Position numbers and translations under genes: made by a program
Assembly: GCA_964036045.1 (NCBI GenBank)
Contig: OZ038379.1
Span: forward strand, 71,486,001 to 71,550,000
Direction of reading: 5' to 3'
Length of the DNA: 64,000 bases
From: Eutreptiella sp. 'Long Island Sound 2002'
Taxonomy: Eukaryota > Protista > Euglenida
The notes under the pieces: model-generated
What the model was told of the DNA's origin: nothing
The model's database searches: none
Seen by the model: only the letters and a program-made list of their open reading frames with translations
Shown here: in pieces, positions 9,186 through 20,502 of the stretch
How the letters are laid out: each line of letters opens with the position of its first letter
Numbering within the stretch: the stretch's first letter is position 1

Positions 9186-10843
9186 GCTGCACAATCCTGG
9201 CCACCATGGTTTTCATTGAAATGTTTCTCTTTGTCAGTGAATCTGCCATTCCATCATTTTGGTTAAACGAATGCAATTTCGTGATGTATTCTTATGTTTT
9301 GAAGGTTCAGTAGGGACATTCATGCTCACTGAATTGATGTCGGATTTGATTTTCTGTTGTTGCTGTCGGTGGTCAGTCTGTGTATGCAGACAATGGTTTT
9401 GCAATATGCAAGATGGTCTGTTGCGTGGAAAACAGCAGCACCATGAAAAAAAAAGGCTGTCCCAAGCACATGCGATGTTGGACCCCAAAGAGAGCAAATT
9501 TGAAAAATCATCTTCATTAGTCGTTTTAACAGTGACCATTGCTTTTTTTTTTTGGTGAAGCAGCACAAGGTCAAAGGGTTATAGATCACCAACGTTCCAC
9601 ATCACGAACCATTATAGCCACTGGCATGCGGTCTCTTGAAAACGACACTTGGCTGGGGGTAGGTTGAGGAATGCAAAATGGAGGTTGGTGTAGGACATTC
9701 GGAATACAACAGAGCGATTACGTGGCTACGTACTGCGTACTACGTACTGCGGCCTTGGATGGTCGAGTGTGGCTTCGGCCCAACTCCGATTTCCATGGGC
9801 AGCCCAGCCTGGAAATCGGTGATCCTTCCGCCAAGGTGGGTTGTCATGTGCCCTTTGATCGGGGCTGCCCTTCGTGGGTAAGAGCCGAACCGCTAGGAGG
9901 GTTGGGAAATCACGTGGAAGTTACCTCCGCCTTTTGGTGGTAGGGGTGAACACGAGATGGAAACCTCCTGTAAGTCGGGCATGACGCGCAACTTCCAATT
10001 GCCAGTTTGTAAGGTAAAATGACCAGTTTGCAATCCATTCACCAGTTGTGGGTCCAGTTGGCCCAATTTTCAAAATAGACAAAAAAACAATACAAAAGCC
10101 TTGTCTTTTTGTTTGCAAAATGTCCGTGACCCCGTCCGTGACCCCGGGCCGCCTCCACACGCAAAGGTCAGCACCACGCAGGATGTCGAAATAAGGAACA
10201 TTACACCACATCTGCAACCATCTCCATTACTGTGCCTGATTGCCAGTGCGCTTATTCTCGGTGGAATCATTGGATGCTGTGCCGATCGTCTCACCCTCTG
10301 TGCGATGTAACCACATCACCTGGTGGACGGCATGCTACCCCAAGGCACCAGGCCTGGATTCTCCATTCCCCTCTTTGCGTTTGGTGGAATGCTGTGTGCC
10401 ATTGCAGCTTTGCTTGGGATTTCTTTGGGGACAGGATGGATGGTCGGGCCCCACATGTGTTTGTGGAATGATCCTGTCTCTGACGAATGCATTCAAGACT
10501 TCCCTTGGACCCTTTCTCTCCATAGGCGGTGGTGCCCATCAGCTTCTCACCACCCTTTGACCTTCCTCTTCCTCCTTGCCCTAACCTTCCCTCTCCCCTC
10601 CCCTTTCCCTTCCCTTGGCCTTTCCCTCTGTAGGCCACCGTGCCCATCGGCCTCACCACACTCCAATGTGCTATGCATACAAGGCTATGTACGCCCCAAA
10701 TACAACCAATCACTAAACATCATTCCGAGCAAAAAAACTCTAGTGCACATCCAATGTACTATGCATACAAGGCCACACTGAACAGTCTGGTTCTTGCCAT
10801 TATTGTTTCGATTTCTTCTTTTTCAAGGTTGATTTGTTGCGCC

Positions 10844-13800
10844 ATGTTGCCTGCATTATCCAACCATGACGCGGAAAGAGTGCATGCTTTCGTGCAACAG
10901 AATATGCAGTATTATCCTATCTTCAACCGTTGGATGGATGCAACTCAAAAGCGGATTACGGGTCGTCTTTTCTTTTGGCAAGCAGAAGACCACTATGCTT
11001 GGAGGGATCTTATGTCAGCAATGATGCAATCGGGGGCACTTACGGCCGTGCATGAAGCTTCCTCGCCGTCAATATCATCCATTCCTCTATCTGTACAAAC
11101 TTCAAACGTTCAACCTGGCCCATTGCCGTCACCGCTTGTGGCAACAAGCTGTACCCCATCCACTCCAAATGTACAATTTGAGGGGCGAATCCCAACGCCC
11201 GGGTCATTGTCCCTCACCATGCCTCTAGGTTCCAGTGCCGTTGCGTCTCCGGGTGTCAATCGCATGGCGGTCAATTACACACCAACAGCTTTACTATCCC
11301 AAGCTCAGCCATACTTCCCTCCATATCTTGCAATGCCCCCACGAAACGTTCCCAACCATCCTTGGATTGATCCATCTTCCTACCAAAGCTTTGCGAGGAC
11401 TCCGCCCCTTTGCTCAGGCCAATTAGGGTTGAACCCACATATGGTCCCCACCTTTGGCCAGCCGGCTAGCAGTGCATCACGTGCACTCGAATCTCCAAAT
11501 GTGATCGCACAACCCATTCTTGCGGACACGCATGGCGTAGAGGCCAGAAAAAAGCGACAACGAGAACCACATTTGGACCCAAATGCAGTGGAAAGCAATG
11601 ACTGTCACGCCGAAAAACGAGCACGATGCACGCAAAGCAAGGAAGAAATCCATAAGCAAAGACGCGAACGATATCAAGAGGTCAAGGACGAAGTCAATAA
11701 GCAAAGACGAGAACGATATAAACAGCTGTACGCGCAAAAGAAGGACAGCATCAATGCGCGAAGACGGGAGCGATATCAAGAGGCAAACAAGGACAACATC
11801 AATGAGCAAAGACGGCAGCGATATCAAGAGGCGGACAAGGACACCATCAATGAGCAAAGACGGGAGCGATATCAAGAGGCGGACAAGGACAGCATCAATG
11901 AGCAAAGACGGGAGCGATATCAAGAGGCGGACAAGGACATTATCAATGAGCAAAGACGGGAGCGATATCAAGAGGCAGACAAGGACAGCATCAATGAGCA
12001 AAGACGGGAGCGATATCAAGAGGCAGACAAGGACAACATCAATGACCAAAGACGGGAGCGATATCAAGAGGCGGACAAGGACAACATCAATGAGGAAAGA
12101 CGGCAGCGATATCAAGAGGCAGACAAGGAAAACATCAATGAGCAAAGGCGAGCGCGGAGGGCTCATGCATTGGAAATGCAAAGGTTGCGCCACGAATGCT
12201 TGTTTAGATCAAAGGCCGATGAGGATATTACCCACATCAAGCGCCACATCCTTGACAACATGGAAGTGGAGTGTGAACATTGTCACGCTTTACGTTGGAG
12301 TGCCGAGCGACCTACCATTTGTTGCCGTGGCGGACAAGTGAAACTTCCCATTCTGCTTGATCCACCGGAACCGCTCAAAACCCTATTGACCGAGCAAACT
12401 GGACAGGGACGCCATTTTCGGCAAAACATTCGGAAGTACAACTCAGCCTTCACCATGGCCTCTCTTGAAGCAAATATCGACATGCGGTTCACGAAAGGGC
12501 CAATGGCGGGTGGCCCTCACCAGTTTCGGGTGTCTGGAAATGTGTATCACCGCATGGGTCCCCTGACGCCGGGAGAAAATCAACCACCCCGGTTTGCACA
12601 GGTGTACATTTTGGAAACCGAAGATCAACTGAAGGCATGGCAAGGACTTCCACTGTCATCGGAATTGAGAGAGGATCTACTCCGCCAACTGGGAGCTATG
12701 CTGAACACACACAACGCCTATGTACAGGTTTTTCAACACGCGGCTAAACTTGAGGTCCCCAACGTGACCATCTTGCTGCGGTGCAATGCCAACGTTGACC
12801 CACGCATCTACAATGTTCCCCGTGTCAGCGACATTGCAGCATTCATTCCGGATGGCAGTCATGTTGCCGCTCCTCGTAGCATTGCGGTCCGCATGCATGG
12901 GGGTGGGGTCAAGCGTATCACCGACCTGAACTCTGCCTACGATCCTTTACACTTTGTACTCCTTTTTCCGCGCGGTGAGCAAGGCTGGACAACTGACATT
13001 CCCCTGAATGTCACTTATCGGCGTCAGCGCGGCGCATGCGAAAATCTAGAGCAAGGCAATGCCCCAAAGGCCAAAAGCCGTCAGACGGTTACAGCCCGAG
13101 ACTTTGCCGCCTTCTACCTCATGCAACGTCCGGAATCGTACACTGGAAATTATTTGCAAAGATGTCAAAAATTGTACGAAGAATACATCGTGGACCAGTA
13201 CTGCAAAGTGGAATCTCAACGCTTGCAATATGTCTCCCAGAACCAGTCCAAATTGCGCACACATTTGTATTCGGGTGTTGAAGATGCCAGCAAAAAAGGT
13301 GATCGCGACGCTTCATCCGTTGGAAAGCGGGTAATTTTGCCAAGCTCTTTTGGCGGGAGTCCGCGCGCTCTTCATGCCGCTTTTCAGGATGGGATTGCTA
13401 TTTGTAGCAAACGGGGCAAGGCAGACCTGTTCATTACCATGACAGCCAATCCCAATTGGCCGGAGGTGGAGGCCGCTCTACTGCCAGGACAAAAACCAAA
13501 TGATCGTCCCGATTTGATTACCCGCGTTTTCAAGCTGAAGCTGCAGTCTTTGTTAGAAGACCTTCTGAAGGATGGCTGTCTTGGTCGCACAATCGGCCAC
13601 ATGTATGTCATCGAATTTCAAAAACGTGGGCTACCACATGCACATATCCTGGTTATCTTTGCCGCCGGCTACAAATTGCTCACACCTGACGATTATGATT
13701 CCGTCATCTGTGCTGAGATTCCAGACGAGGATGAGGACCCGGAGCTGTACGAGATTATTGCAAAATGCTACATGCACGGTCCATGTGGTTCCCTCGACCC

Positions 13801-16408
13801 GAACTGTGCATGCATGAAGGATGGACATTGTAAGAATCGGTACCCGAAGGAATTTCAAGATGTGACCACGAACAGCGAGAATGGATATCCTCTTTATCGC
13901 CGTCGCAACAACGGCCGCACTATAACATGCAGGGGGCATGACCTTGATAATCGTTGGGTGGTTCCACATGTGCGTGCGTTGGCCAGAAAATATGCTTGCC
14001 ACATCAACGTGGAGTACTGTGCCTCACTTGCGGCTATCAAATACTTGCACGAGTATATTTACAAGGGGTTTGACCGGGGCGACGCCACCCTACGAGACGA
14101 TCAAGTCAATGAAGTTGTGGAGTTCGTGGAGGGCCGGTACATTTGCACATCTGAAGGAGTGTGGAGACTATTGGCATTTGACTTACATGAGCAATTTCCC
14201 GCGGTATTGCGGCTACCAGTTCACTTAGAAAACCAGCAGCACGTTCGATGGCACGACCAACAACATCTTACTGACATCGTTGGAGATGGACCCCCCGACA
14301 CGCCACTGACCGCTTGGTTGAAGTCCAACGCCAAACCGGATCATGCTTTCGGTAAGCACTTGCTGTACACCGACTATGCCGAGCGGTTCACGTATGATGC
14401 AAAGACCAAAGAATGGAAAATTCGGAAGAGAGGACTGAACACGGTAATTGGTCGCATGTACTTTGTGCTCCCGAATGCGGGCGAAGTATACTTTCTCCGA
14501 CTATTGTTACACCATGTTGCTGGTGCAACCTCTTTCCAAGATTTGCGTACCGTTAACGGCAACCTATGTGCCACTTTTCAAGAAGCATGCGTATGTCGCG
14601 GCCTTCTAGAAGATGACACCGAGTGGGAACAATGCCTGAACGAGGCAAAAATGTACTACAAATCCGGCCGACTACGACTTCTTTTTTGCACCATCTTGGA
14701 GTACAACTCCCCAAAAGATCCCTACAAGCTGTGGTTAAAGTACGAGGAAGAGTTCATCAGCGACATTCGTTGGAATTGGCAACGTACACATCCTGGCACA
14801 AAAAACGAGCCAACGCATGCCGAGATTGTGAATGAAGCCCTATTGCGGGTCGAGAGCATGCTACAAAAGCAAGGACTTTCTCTTCGCTCGTTTCCTTCTA
14901 TGCCGTTTCCGGTGCCCAGTGCAATGTCCGATAAGCCTGGCGGTCAGGACGAAGGGTATGATGTTGCACACTTGCGACGTGTCGTTGAGGATGGTGTGCC
15001 AACCTTGACAGAGCAGCAACGCAACATCTACGACCAGGTCACTGCGAGTACACATTTGGACAACAACGACGCAAAGTGCTTCTTTATTTTGAGTTGCGGT
15101 GGTTGCGGAAAGACTTACGTGAACAATTTGATGTTGGCCTATGTACGTAGTCAGGGACGACGGGCGATTGCGGTTGCCTCAAGTGGCATCGCTTCTCTTC
15201 TTTTGGATGATGGTTCAACTGCGCACTCAGCTTTTGGTATTTCGCCGCAAAAGGGCGGAACATCATCCATTCCTGTGGAGAGCAAACGTGCCGCGGAACT
15301 TCATGAGTGCCAACTCATTGTGTGGGATGAGGCTCCCATGGCAGACAACGATTGCTTCCGTGTATTGGATGAATTGCTCAAAGATATCATGGGTGCCAAT
15401 GATGAAGCAGTGCGACTTGTTCCCTTCGGGGGCAAGACCGTCGTCATGACGGGGGATTGGAGGCAAATTTTGCCTGTTGTACCTCGTGGCTCTCGAGCGG
15501 CCGTGATAGCAGCTACCCTCAAGAAATCCTACCTCTGGCCCTATTTCAAAACACTCGAATTGACGACCAATATTCGGGTGCGAGGCACTTCTCAAGTTGA
15601 CAATGACGAGACCCGTGACTTTGCACGCTGGTTGCTATCCGTTGGGGAAGACACCATCGACAATCCGTTGCCCATACCAGAAGACATGTTGATCCCAAGC
15701 GATGACCCCTGGCCACTGGTAAACCACGTCTTTCCAACCATGAGCAAGGAGGAATTTATGTCTGGTTGTATCCTGGCACCCCGAAATCAAGAAACCAATG
15801 CTATCAACGAAGCGGCGCTGCAGAGCTTGCCTGGAGAGGAGTTTCTTTATGTTAGTGCGGACTATTTTGGTGCCGATTGCCAAGAAGATGCAGCTACCTA
15901 TCCTCCGGAACTCTTGAACAAGCTTGAGCCTCCGGGCATGGCACGTCACGAGCTCAAGCTTAAGGTGGGGGCCCCTATCATTCTACTGCGCAATCTCAAC
16001 CGTACGGAGGGCTTGATGAATGGAACACGCTTGTTGGTAACAAAGTGCCTGGATTTCAACATCCAAGCAGAAATTGTCTCAGGTCCCCGAAAAGGCAACG
16101 TTGTGCTCATTCCACGCATCAATTTGACGTGTGGTGATTCTGAAATGTTGTCGATCAGATTTATTAGGCGACAATTTCCAATAAAGTTGGCTTTCGCCTT
16201 GACGATTAATCGTTCCCAAGGGCAGTCGTTTGAAAGGTTGGGGTTGCTCTTGGAGAATCCTGTTTTTGCCCATGGACAGCTATATGTTGGCTTTTCCCGG
16301 GTTACCTCACGCCGTGGCGTTCGCGTCATTTTAGGGGAACGTGCTTGGGGGGATGTAACTAAGGAAGCAAACACTCCGAACATTGTATGGTCTGAAATTT
16401 TTTCTTGA
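10844..16408 (+). CDS. Helitron RepHel transposase (HUH Rep nuclease + PIF1-family SF1B helicase), 1854 aa, intronless
   Basis: Zn-binding CEHC..CCRGGQV; helitron-like N region (IRKYNSAFTMAS, YDPLHFVLLFPRGEQGW); Rep motifs FITMTANPNW, VIEFQKRGLPHAH, KYLHEYIYKG; helicase motifs GGCGKT, VASSGIA, DEAPM, FGGKTVVMTGDWRQILPV, QFPIKLAFALTINRSQGQS, HGQLYVGFSRV. ATG 10844 is preferred to GTG 10640 because of its GCC-ATG context and because U4 has a 1-nt deletion just upstream of the equivalent ATG. Confidence 0.97.
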   Translation: MLPALSNHDAERVHAFVQQNMQYYPIFNRWMDATQKRITGRLFFWQAEDHYAWRDLMSAMMQSGALTAVHEASSPSISSIPLSVQTSNVQPGPLPSPLVATSCTPSTPNVQFEGRIPTPGSLSLTMPLGSSAVASPGVNRMAVNYTPTALLSQAQPYFPPYLAMPPRNVPNHPWIDPSSYQSFARTPPLCSGQLGLNPHMVPTFGQPASSASRALESPNVIAQPILADTHGVEARKKRQREPHLDPNAVESNDCHAEKRARCTQSKEEIHKQRRERYQEVKDEVNKQRRERYKQLYAQKKDSINARRRERYQEANKDNINEQRRQRYQEADKDTINEQRRERYQEADKDSINEQRRERYQEADKDIINEQRRERYQEADKDSINEQRRERYQEADKDNINDQRRERYQEADKDNINEERRQRYQEADKENINEQRRARRAHALEMQRLRHECLFRSKADEDITHIKRHILDNMEVECEHCHALRWSAERPTICCRGGQVKLPILLDPPEPLKTLLTEQTGQGRHFRQNIRKYNSAFTMASLEANIDMRFTKGPMAGGPHQFRVSGNVYHRMGPLTPGENQPPRFAQVYILETEDQLKAWQGLPLSSELREDLLRQLGAMLNTHNAYVQVFQHAAKLEVPNVTILLRCNANVDPRIYNVPRVSDIAAFIPDGSHVAAPRSIAVRMHGGGVKRITDLNSAYDPLHFVLLFPRGEQGWTTDIPLNVTYRRQRGACENLEQGNAPKAKSRQTVTARDFAAFYLMQRPESYTGNYLQRCQKLYEEYIVDQYCKVESQRLQYVSQNQSKLRTHLYSGVEDASKKGDRDASSVGKRVILPSSFGGSPRALHAAFQDGIAICSKRGKADLFITMTANPNWPEVEAALLPGQKPNDRPDLITRVFKLKLQSLLEDLLKDGCLGRTIGHMYVIEFQKRGLPHAHILVIFAAGYKLLTPDDYDSVICAEIPDEDEDPELYEIIAKCYMHGPCGSLDPNCACMKDGHCKNRYPKEFQDVTTNSENGYPLYRRRNNGRTITCRGHDLDNRWVVPHVRALARKYACHINVEYCASLAAIKYLHEYIYKGFDRGDATLRDDQVNEVVEFVEGRYICTSEGVWRLLAFDLHEQFPAVLRLPVHLENQQHVRWHDQQHLTDIVGDGPPDTPLTAWLKSNAKPDHAFGKHLLYTDYAERFTYDAKTKEWKIRKRGLNTVIGRMYFVLPNAGEVYFLRLLLHHVAGATSFQDLRTVNGNLCATFQEACVCRGLLEDDTEWEQCLNEAKMYYKSGRLRLLFCTILEYNSPKDPYKLWLKYEEEFISDIRWNWQRTHPGTKNEPTHAEIVNEALLRVESMLQKQGLSLRSFPSMPFPVPSAMSDKPGGQDEGYDVAHLRRVVEDGVPTLTEQQRNIYDQVTASTHLDNNDAKCFFILSCGGCGKTYVNNLMLAYVRSQGRRAIAVASSGIASLLLDDGSTAHSAFGISPQKGGTSSIPVESKRAAELHECQLIVWDEAPMADNDCFRVLDELLKDIMGANDEAVRLVPFGGKTVVMTGDWRQILPVVPRGSRAAVIAATLKKSYLWPYFKTLELTTNIRVRGTSQVDNDETRDFARWLLSVGEDTIDNPLPIPEDMLIPSDDPWPLVNHVFPTMSKEEFMSGCILAPRNQETNAINEAALQSLPGEEFLYVSADYFGADCQEDAATYPPELLNKLEPPGMARHELKLKVGAPIILLRNLNRTEGLMNGTRLLVTKCLDFNIQAEIVSGPRKGNVVLIPRINLTCGDSEMLSIRFIRRQFPIKLAFALTINRSQGQSFERLGLLLENPVFAHGQLYVGFSRVTSRRGVRVILGERAWGDVTKEANTPNIVWSEIFS
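11770..12153 (+). repeat. 8 x 48-bp coding repeat (RYQEADKDxINEQRRE) in the RepHel N-terminus, preceded by degenerate copies from about 11640
   Basis: Direct count of eight RYQEA units in the translation. Confidence 0.95.
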
Positions 16409-17269
16409 TTTCGGCCGTCGTCCGTTGCCTTGCTGGATGACGTGTGGCTCCACTCGACACCGGCGTGTGTCTTGTTCACATTCCATTTACATCTGAAACC
16501 AACCGTTTTCTACATATATTTGAAACCAATCCTCACCTTGAGCCTTGCCCTAACCCTAACTACAACTTTGGTGCTAAGTCAACCTCTATCCCTAACGGCG
16601 CAGCCGCTGACAATGTACATTATGCCGTACAAGCCGTGTTAGTGTAGGAACATGTGCTTGGGGCGACGCCAGCAAGTAGGCAAACGCTTTGAACCTTGTA
16701 TGATGCGAGATTCAACTTTCATGTAGCTATTGTCTGTTGGCATTCTTGTTGGTGTGTGGGTGAACTTGCCTCCAAAGTGAATATTGTCAAGGGTCTATTT
16801 GCCTGAACATATGTTTGGTCCCATTGAATAGCAAAACAATTTTCAAACGCAATTATTTGCCACCTTGTGTCTGGTAAACACCTTCATTCCCTTCGGGTAA
16901 GGAAGTTGGTCATAATTCTTTTCAGGTTCTCCTAAAGAGCAATGGCTTGCTACTATAAGCCCGTCAATTTTCAAAGCCTCGACAACTTCCAAGTACAATT
17001 GAAGCAGGCGGCGTTACGTGGTGCCTTTAAACTGTCCTCCTCATTACTTTTTTTTTTCAAAATTCGTTAGCTACAATGCTACAAACATGCAAACAGCGAA
17101 TACTTTACCGCAAAAAGGATAATGCCCATTAGAAGTGTTTTGCGTCCACCTAATAGATGTTGCACTTTGCAACGTGGTAAAAATCCATTTGCAACACTCC
17201 ATTCAACGAAAGGTACGGATTCCTCAAAGGGGCCAAATTCATGAGTATAGCTGCCCTGTTGTCGGTACG

Positions 17270-17301
17270 GCCCGCGCTTCAAGCGCGGGCATTTACACTA
17301 G
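17270..17301 (+). terminator. Helitron 3' terminal signal: 10-bp inverted repeat, 7-nt spacer, CTAG (representative copy)
   Basis: GCCCGCGCTT-C-AAGCGCGGGC-ATTTACA-CTAG. A subterminal hairpin plus CTRR is the established Helitron 3' end. Confidence 0.95.
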
Positions 17302-18397
17302 TCTTAATATATTTAATTGTGCTATGGTCGTCGTCGTCGTTGTCGTCGTCGTTCGTCATACCCAAAAAATCCTCCCAATTGTGCTCGCTGCTGCTGGCGC
17401 GCGCGCGTGCTGCCTGTGGAACTTTTGGATTTGCAAATGCGTTTTTAGATTTGCAAATGCGATGTCTGGGAATGTTAGATTTGCAAATGTACTTTTGTTT
17501 TTCGAATACTGATACTGTGCGCAGCATTTAGGGTTTTGCTGCAGGCGGTAACGGATCCGGCCGGTCCGCAAACCGCCCGGTCAAGCGTTCTGATGCACTT
17601 GATGGGTAGTGATACAGTCCAATGTTGACAATGACTGATGATGCATGCTATAGCGGGCAACACGTCACTCAGTGAAGATTTTTAGATTTAGATTTTGATT
17701 TGGTTAGAATGAACATGGTTAGAAAAAACAAACATGTAACACATGTTGAAAACCATTCTTTCTACCTCCTTTGCAACAGTGATCGTAATCGAAAATGTTG
17801 AGCTTCTTGAATGCCAAAAAGGTTGAAGAGGAGCAAAAGGCCAAGGAAGAGGAAAAGAAGCAGTTGGAGGAGGAAGAAAAGGACATGGATGGAGAGGAGA
17901 TGAAGAAGAGAACAGAGGTGCCTCAAAACCAACGACGAACTATTGGCCGCGCTGAAAGAAACGTCGGACGTGTTGAAAAACTCGAAGACTACTGTGCATG
18001 ACAGATGATCAGGTGTTGTTTCGAGTTGTGTTGTTCGCAGCTTGAGCTGGCGACTTGCCGTCGTTTTGACGTCGAAAGCGATCATGAGCATAACGCAGTT
18101 CTCGTTCCCACATGCCGCACATGCCGAGCTACATGATTACATGGGCCATTTGCTTGTGTTGACGATAATTTCCGTGACTCCTTGGAGTATTTGAGTTCGT
18201 TCTTTACTGAAAACACTGTGAAGGTATCCCACATGCCGCACATGCCGAGCTACATGATTACATGGGCCATTTGCTTGTTTTGCCATCGAAGTGACGATGT
18301 TCGGCATGCACGGATGCACGAAACAAGCTAGGACGATTGGTTTTTACAACGTGTGTCGGCCCAAGTTTGTGACTTCCTCTTCACCTTTTCACACTAG

Positions 18398-19189
18398 GAC
18401 CGGAAGAATTTGAGGGGACTTCTTGAACAAAGATCCTTGGTCCTCCACGAGAACTTCCTTGCGGAGTTCGACAAAGTGAACGAGGTCAGTGTGTGTGGTA
18501 TTTTGTGTCGCTTTTGCTTCGCACCACGAATTGTACCTCCAATGTCGACCGTCATTGAGCACAACCGGCTTTCGGCCGATGTTGCGTTTTAGAGCCAATG
18601 CCGTGTTTGTTGCAACAACCAAGGGCACGAGGAATCTTTCAAATTGGTGACGACTCCTTCTCGAGTCGTCTGCACTCAGTGCTAAGTAGATCGTGGCGTC
18701 AAGTCACGCGGCCAATTTGTGCATTACTAAGGCATGTCGTCGGAAAAACTTAATACGGTGGTGCCAACGCGATCAATCATGAGTCCTTTGACATTTTTGT
18801 GGTGAGATGTATCTTGTGTAGTCTCACTATGTGCTTCAACCTACACGACCCGCAGTTCAAATGAATCCACTGTTCAAAATGGCAGAGAGTTGCAAGCCCC
18901 ATGTCATCATTGCTTATGGACCCAATGTTGTTGAGCCTATTGGTGAGCATTGTTTCGTTATTGTTGCACACCGGCGCAACTTGGCACTTGACGCACCGCA
19001 CCAGACGCACCGCACCATCACATGATCCATCTTTCTTTCATTGCGCACTCGTAGTTGCTTGAGGCAGTGGAGAAGGATGTACACGACTTGGCGGAGGTTT
19101 GTGATGGTGTTAGTACTATGTTGAGAGAAACAAAGCAAGAAGCATCCGCTGTGGTCACGACGGCGGCCGTATTGCAATCGGAATTGCAG
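18398..19189 (+). pseudogene. COG6: Captured COG6 fragment, U2 copy (exons 18398-18484 and 19055-19189)
   Basis: Same sequence as the U1 copy. Confidence 0.75.
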
Positions 19190-19664
19190 GTGGTTTTCGT
19201 TTCGTGCCACAATCTACTTGAATGTCCCATTCCCCCGAGTCTTTTGAGGGATATTGCTCGTTTTGCTTTGCATTGTGTACATATTTCATTGGTGGTAGAA
19301 TTCCCGCCCACGGCCGCCATGGATCGTAAAGGAACCAACACCGCCCATAGCCGATTGACCCGTTCCGCGACATTGCGTGCCTCTCTACGTGCCAATGGAT
19401 TCTTGACTCGCGGTTATCCTAAAATCATGATTTAAAATCTATGCTTTTGAGGTGTGGCACACCTTGCACTCAAGGCAATGGGAGGGTAGAATTACCCTGC
19501 ACCGCCCTGATGTTGAGTTTTGCACGACGGAAAGAAATTTTCTGGTAGGCTAAGGTAAGCGATTGCTTCCTGATTCACTCACCTACTCAACTTGAATACG
19601 TGAGCACCGAAATGCGGGTCAATTGCTTCGGTCCGTTTTCGCGGTTCTTCTAAGTTTGAGAAGC

Positions 19665-20502
19665 CCTAACAAATCCTACAAAACACGAGTTGGCGAAGAG
19701 TGGGGACACTCGTTTTCGTTGCGTTCTACCCCCTTGGCTTTCTGTGTATGGGCGACCATGTATGTTTACGGCGAAGGAGGTAGGTTCCGGGGAAACCCGA
19801 GGAACCATCTCGATGCTTCGTTGATTGGAAGCTCGCATACGGTAGCAATGGCAAGAACACATCCATTATTCGAAGATATTTTTGCGGGGCGATACGCGAC
19901 CTCCCTTGTCAGCTTTGTGTTTTGTGAGATCAAACAAATAGGGCCTAACAAATCCTACAAAACACGAGTTGGCGAAGAGTGGGGACACTCGTTTTCGTTG
20001 CGTTCTACCCCCTTGGCTTTCTGTGTATGGGCGACCATGTATGTTTACGGCGAAGGAGGTAGGTTCCGGGGAAACCCGAGGAACCATCTCGATGCTTCGT
20101 TGATTGGAAGCTCGCATACGGTAGCAATGGCAAGAACACATCCATTATTCGAAGATATTTTTGCGGGGTGATACGCGACCTCCCTTGTCAGCTTTGTGTT
20201 TTGTGAGATCAAACAAATAGGGCCTAACAAATCCTACAAAACACGAGTTGGCGAAGAGTGGGGACACTCGTTTTCGTTGCGTTCTACCCCCTTGGCTTTC
20301 TGTGTATGGGCGACCATGTATGTTTACGGCGAAGGAGGTAGGTTCCGGGGAAACCCGAGGAACCATCTCGATGCTTCGTTGATTGGAAGCTCGCATACGG
20401 TAGCAATGGCAAGAACACATCCATTATTCGAAGATATTTTTGCGGGGCGATACGCGACCTCCCTTGTCAGCTTTGTGTTTTGTGAGATCAAACAAATAGG
20501 GC
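19665..20502. repeat. 3 x 279-bp tandem repeat, U2 copy
   Basis: As in U1; the second unit carries C>T at 20169. Confidence 0.97.

Larger units (their letters stand above)
3462..17301 (+). mobile_element. Long autonomous-type Helitron U1 (13,840 bp) with captured host fragments
   Basis: 5' TCTTAATATATTT at 3462; hairpin GCCCGCGCTT-C-AAGCGCGGGC at 17270-17290; CTAG at 17298-17301; intact RepHel ORF. Confidence 0.95.

Noticed and set aside
10640-10843. GTG-initiated 68-aa N-terminal extension of RepHel (1922 aa)
   Set aside because: The upstream sequence differs in U3 and is deleted or frameshifted in U4; the conserved GCC-ATG at 10844 is the better start.
11477-12341. 238-aa antisense and 252-aa alternative-frame ORFs (303 and 351 aa in U3)
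   Set aside because: These are shadow frames of the frame-preserving coding repeat.
13424-16408. Classification as Helentron/Helitron2
   Set aside because: The Rep motif QKRGLPHAH, TC...hairpin-CTAG termini and absence of a C-terminal endonuclease fit canonical Helitrons.
16547-16560. CCCTAACCCTAAC as a telomeric remnant
   Set aside because: Only two units inside the element's 3' region; compatible with chance.
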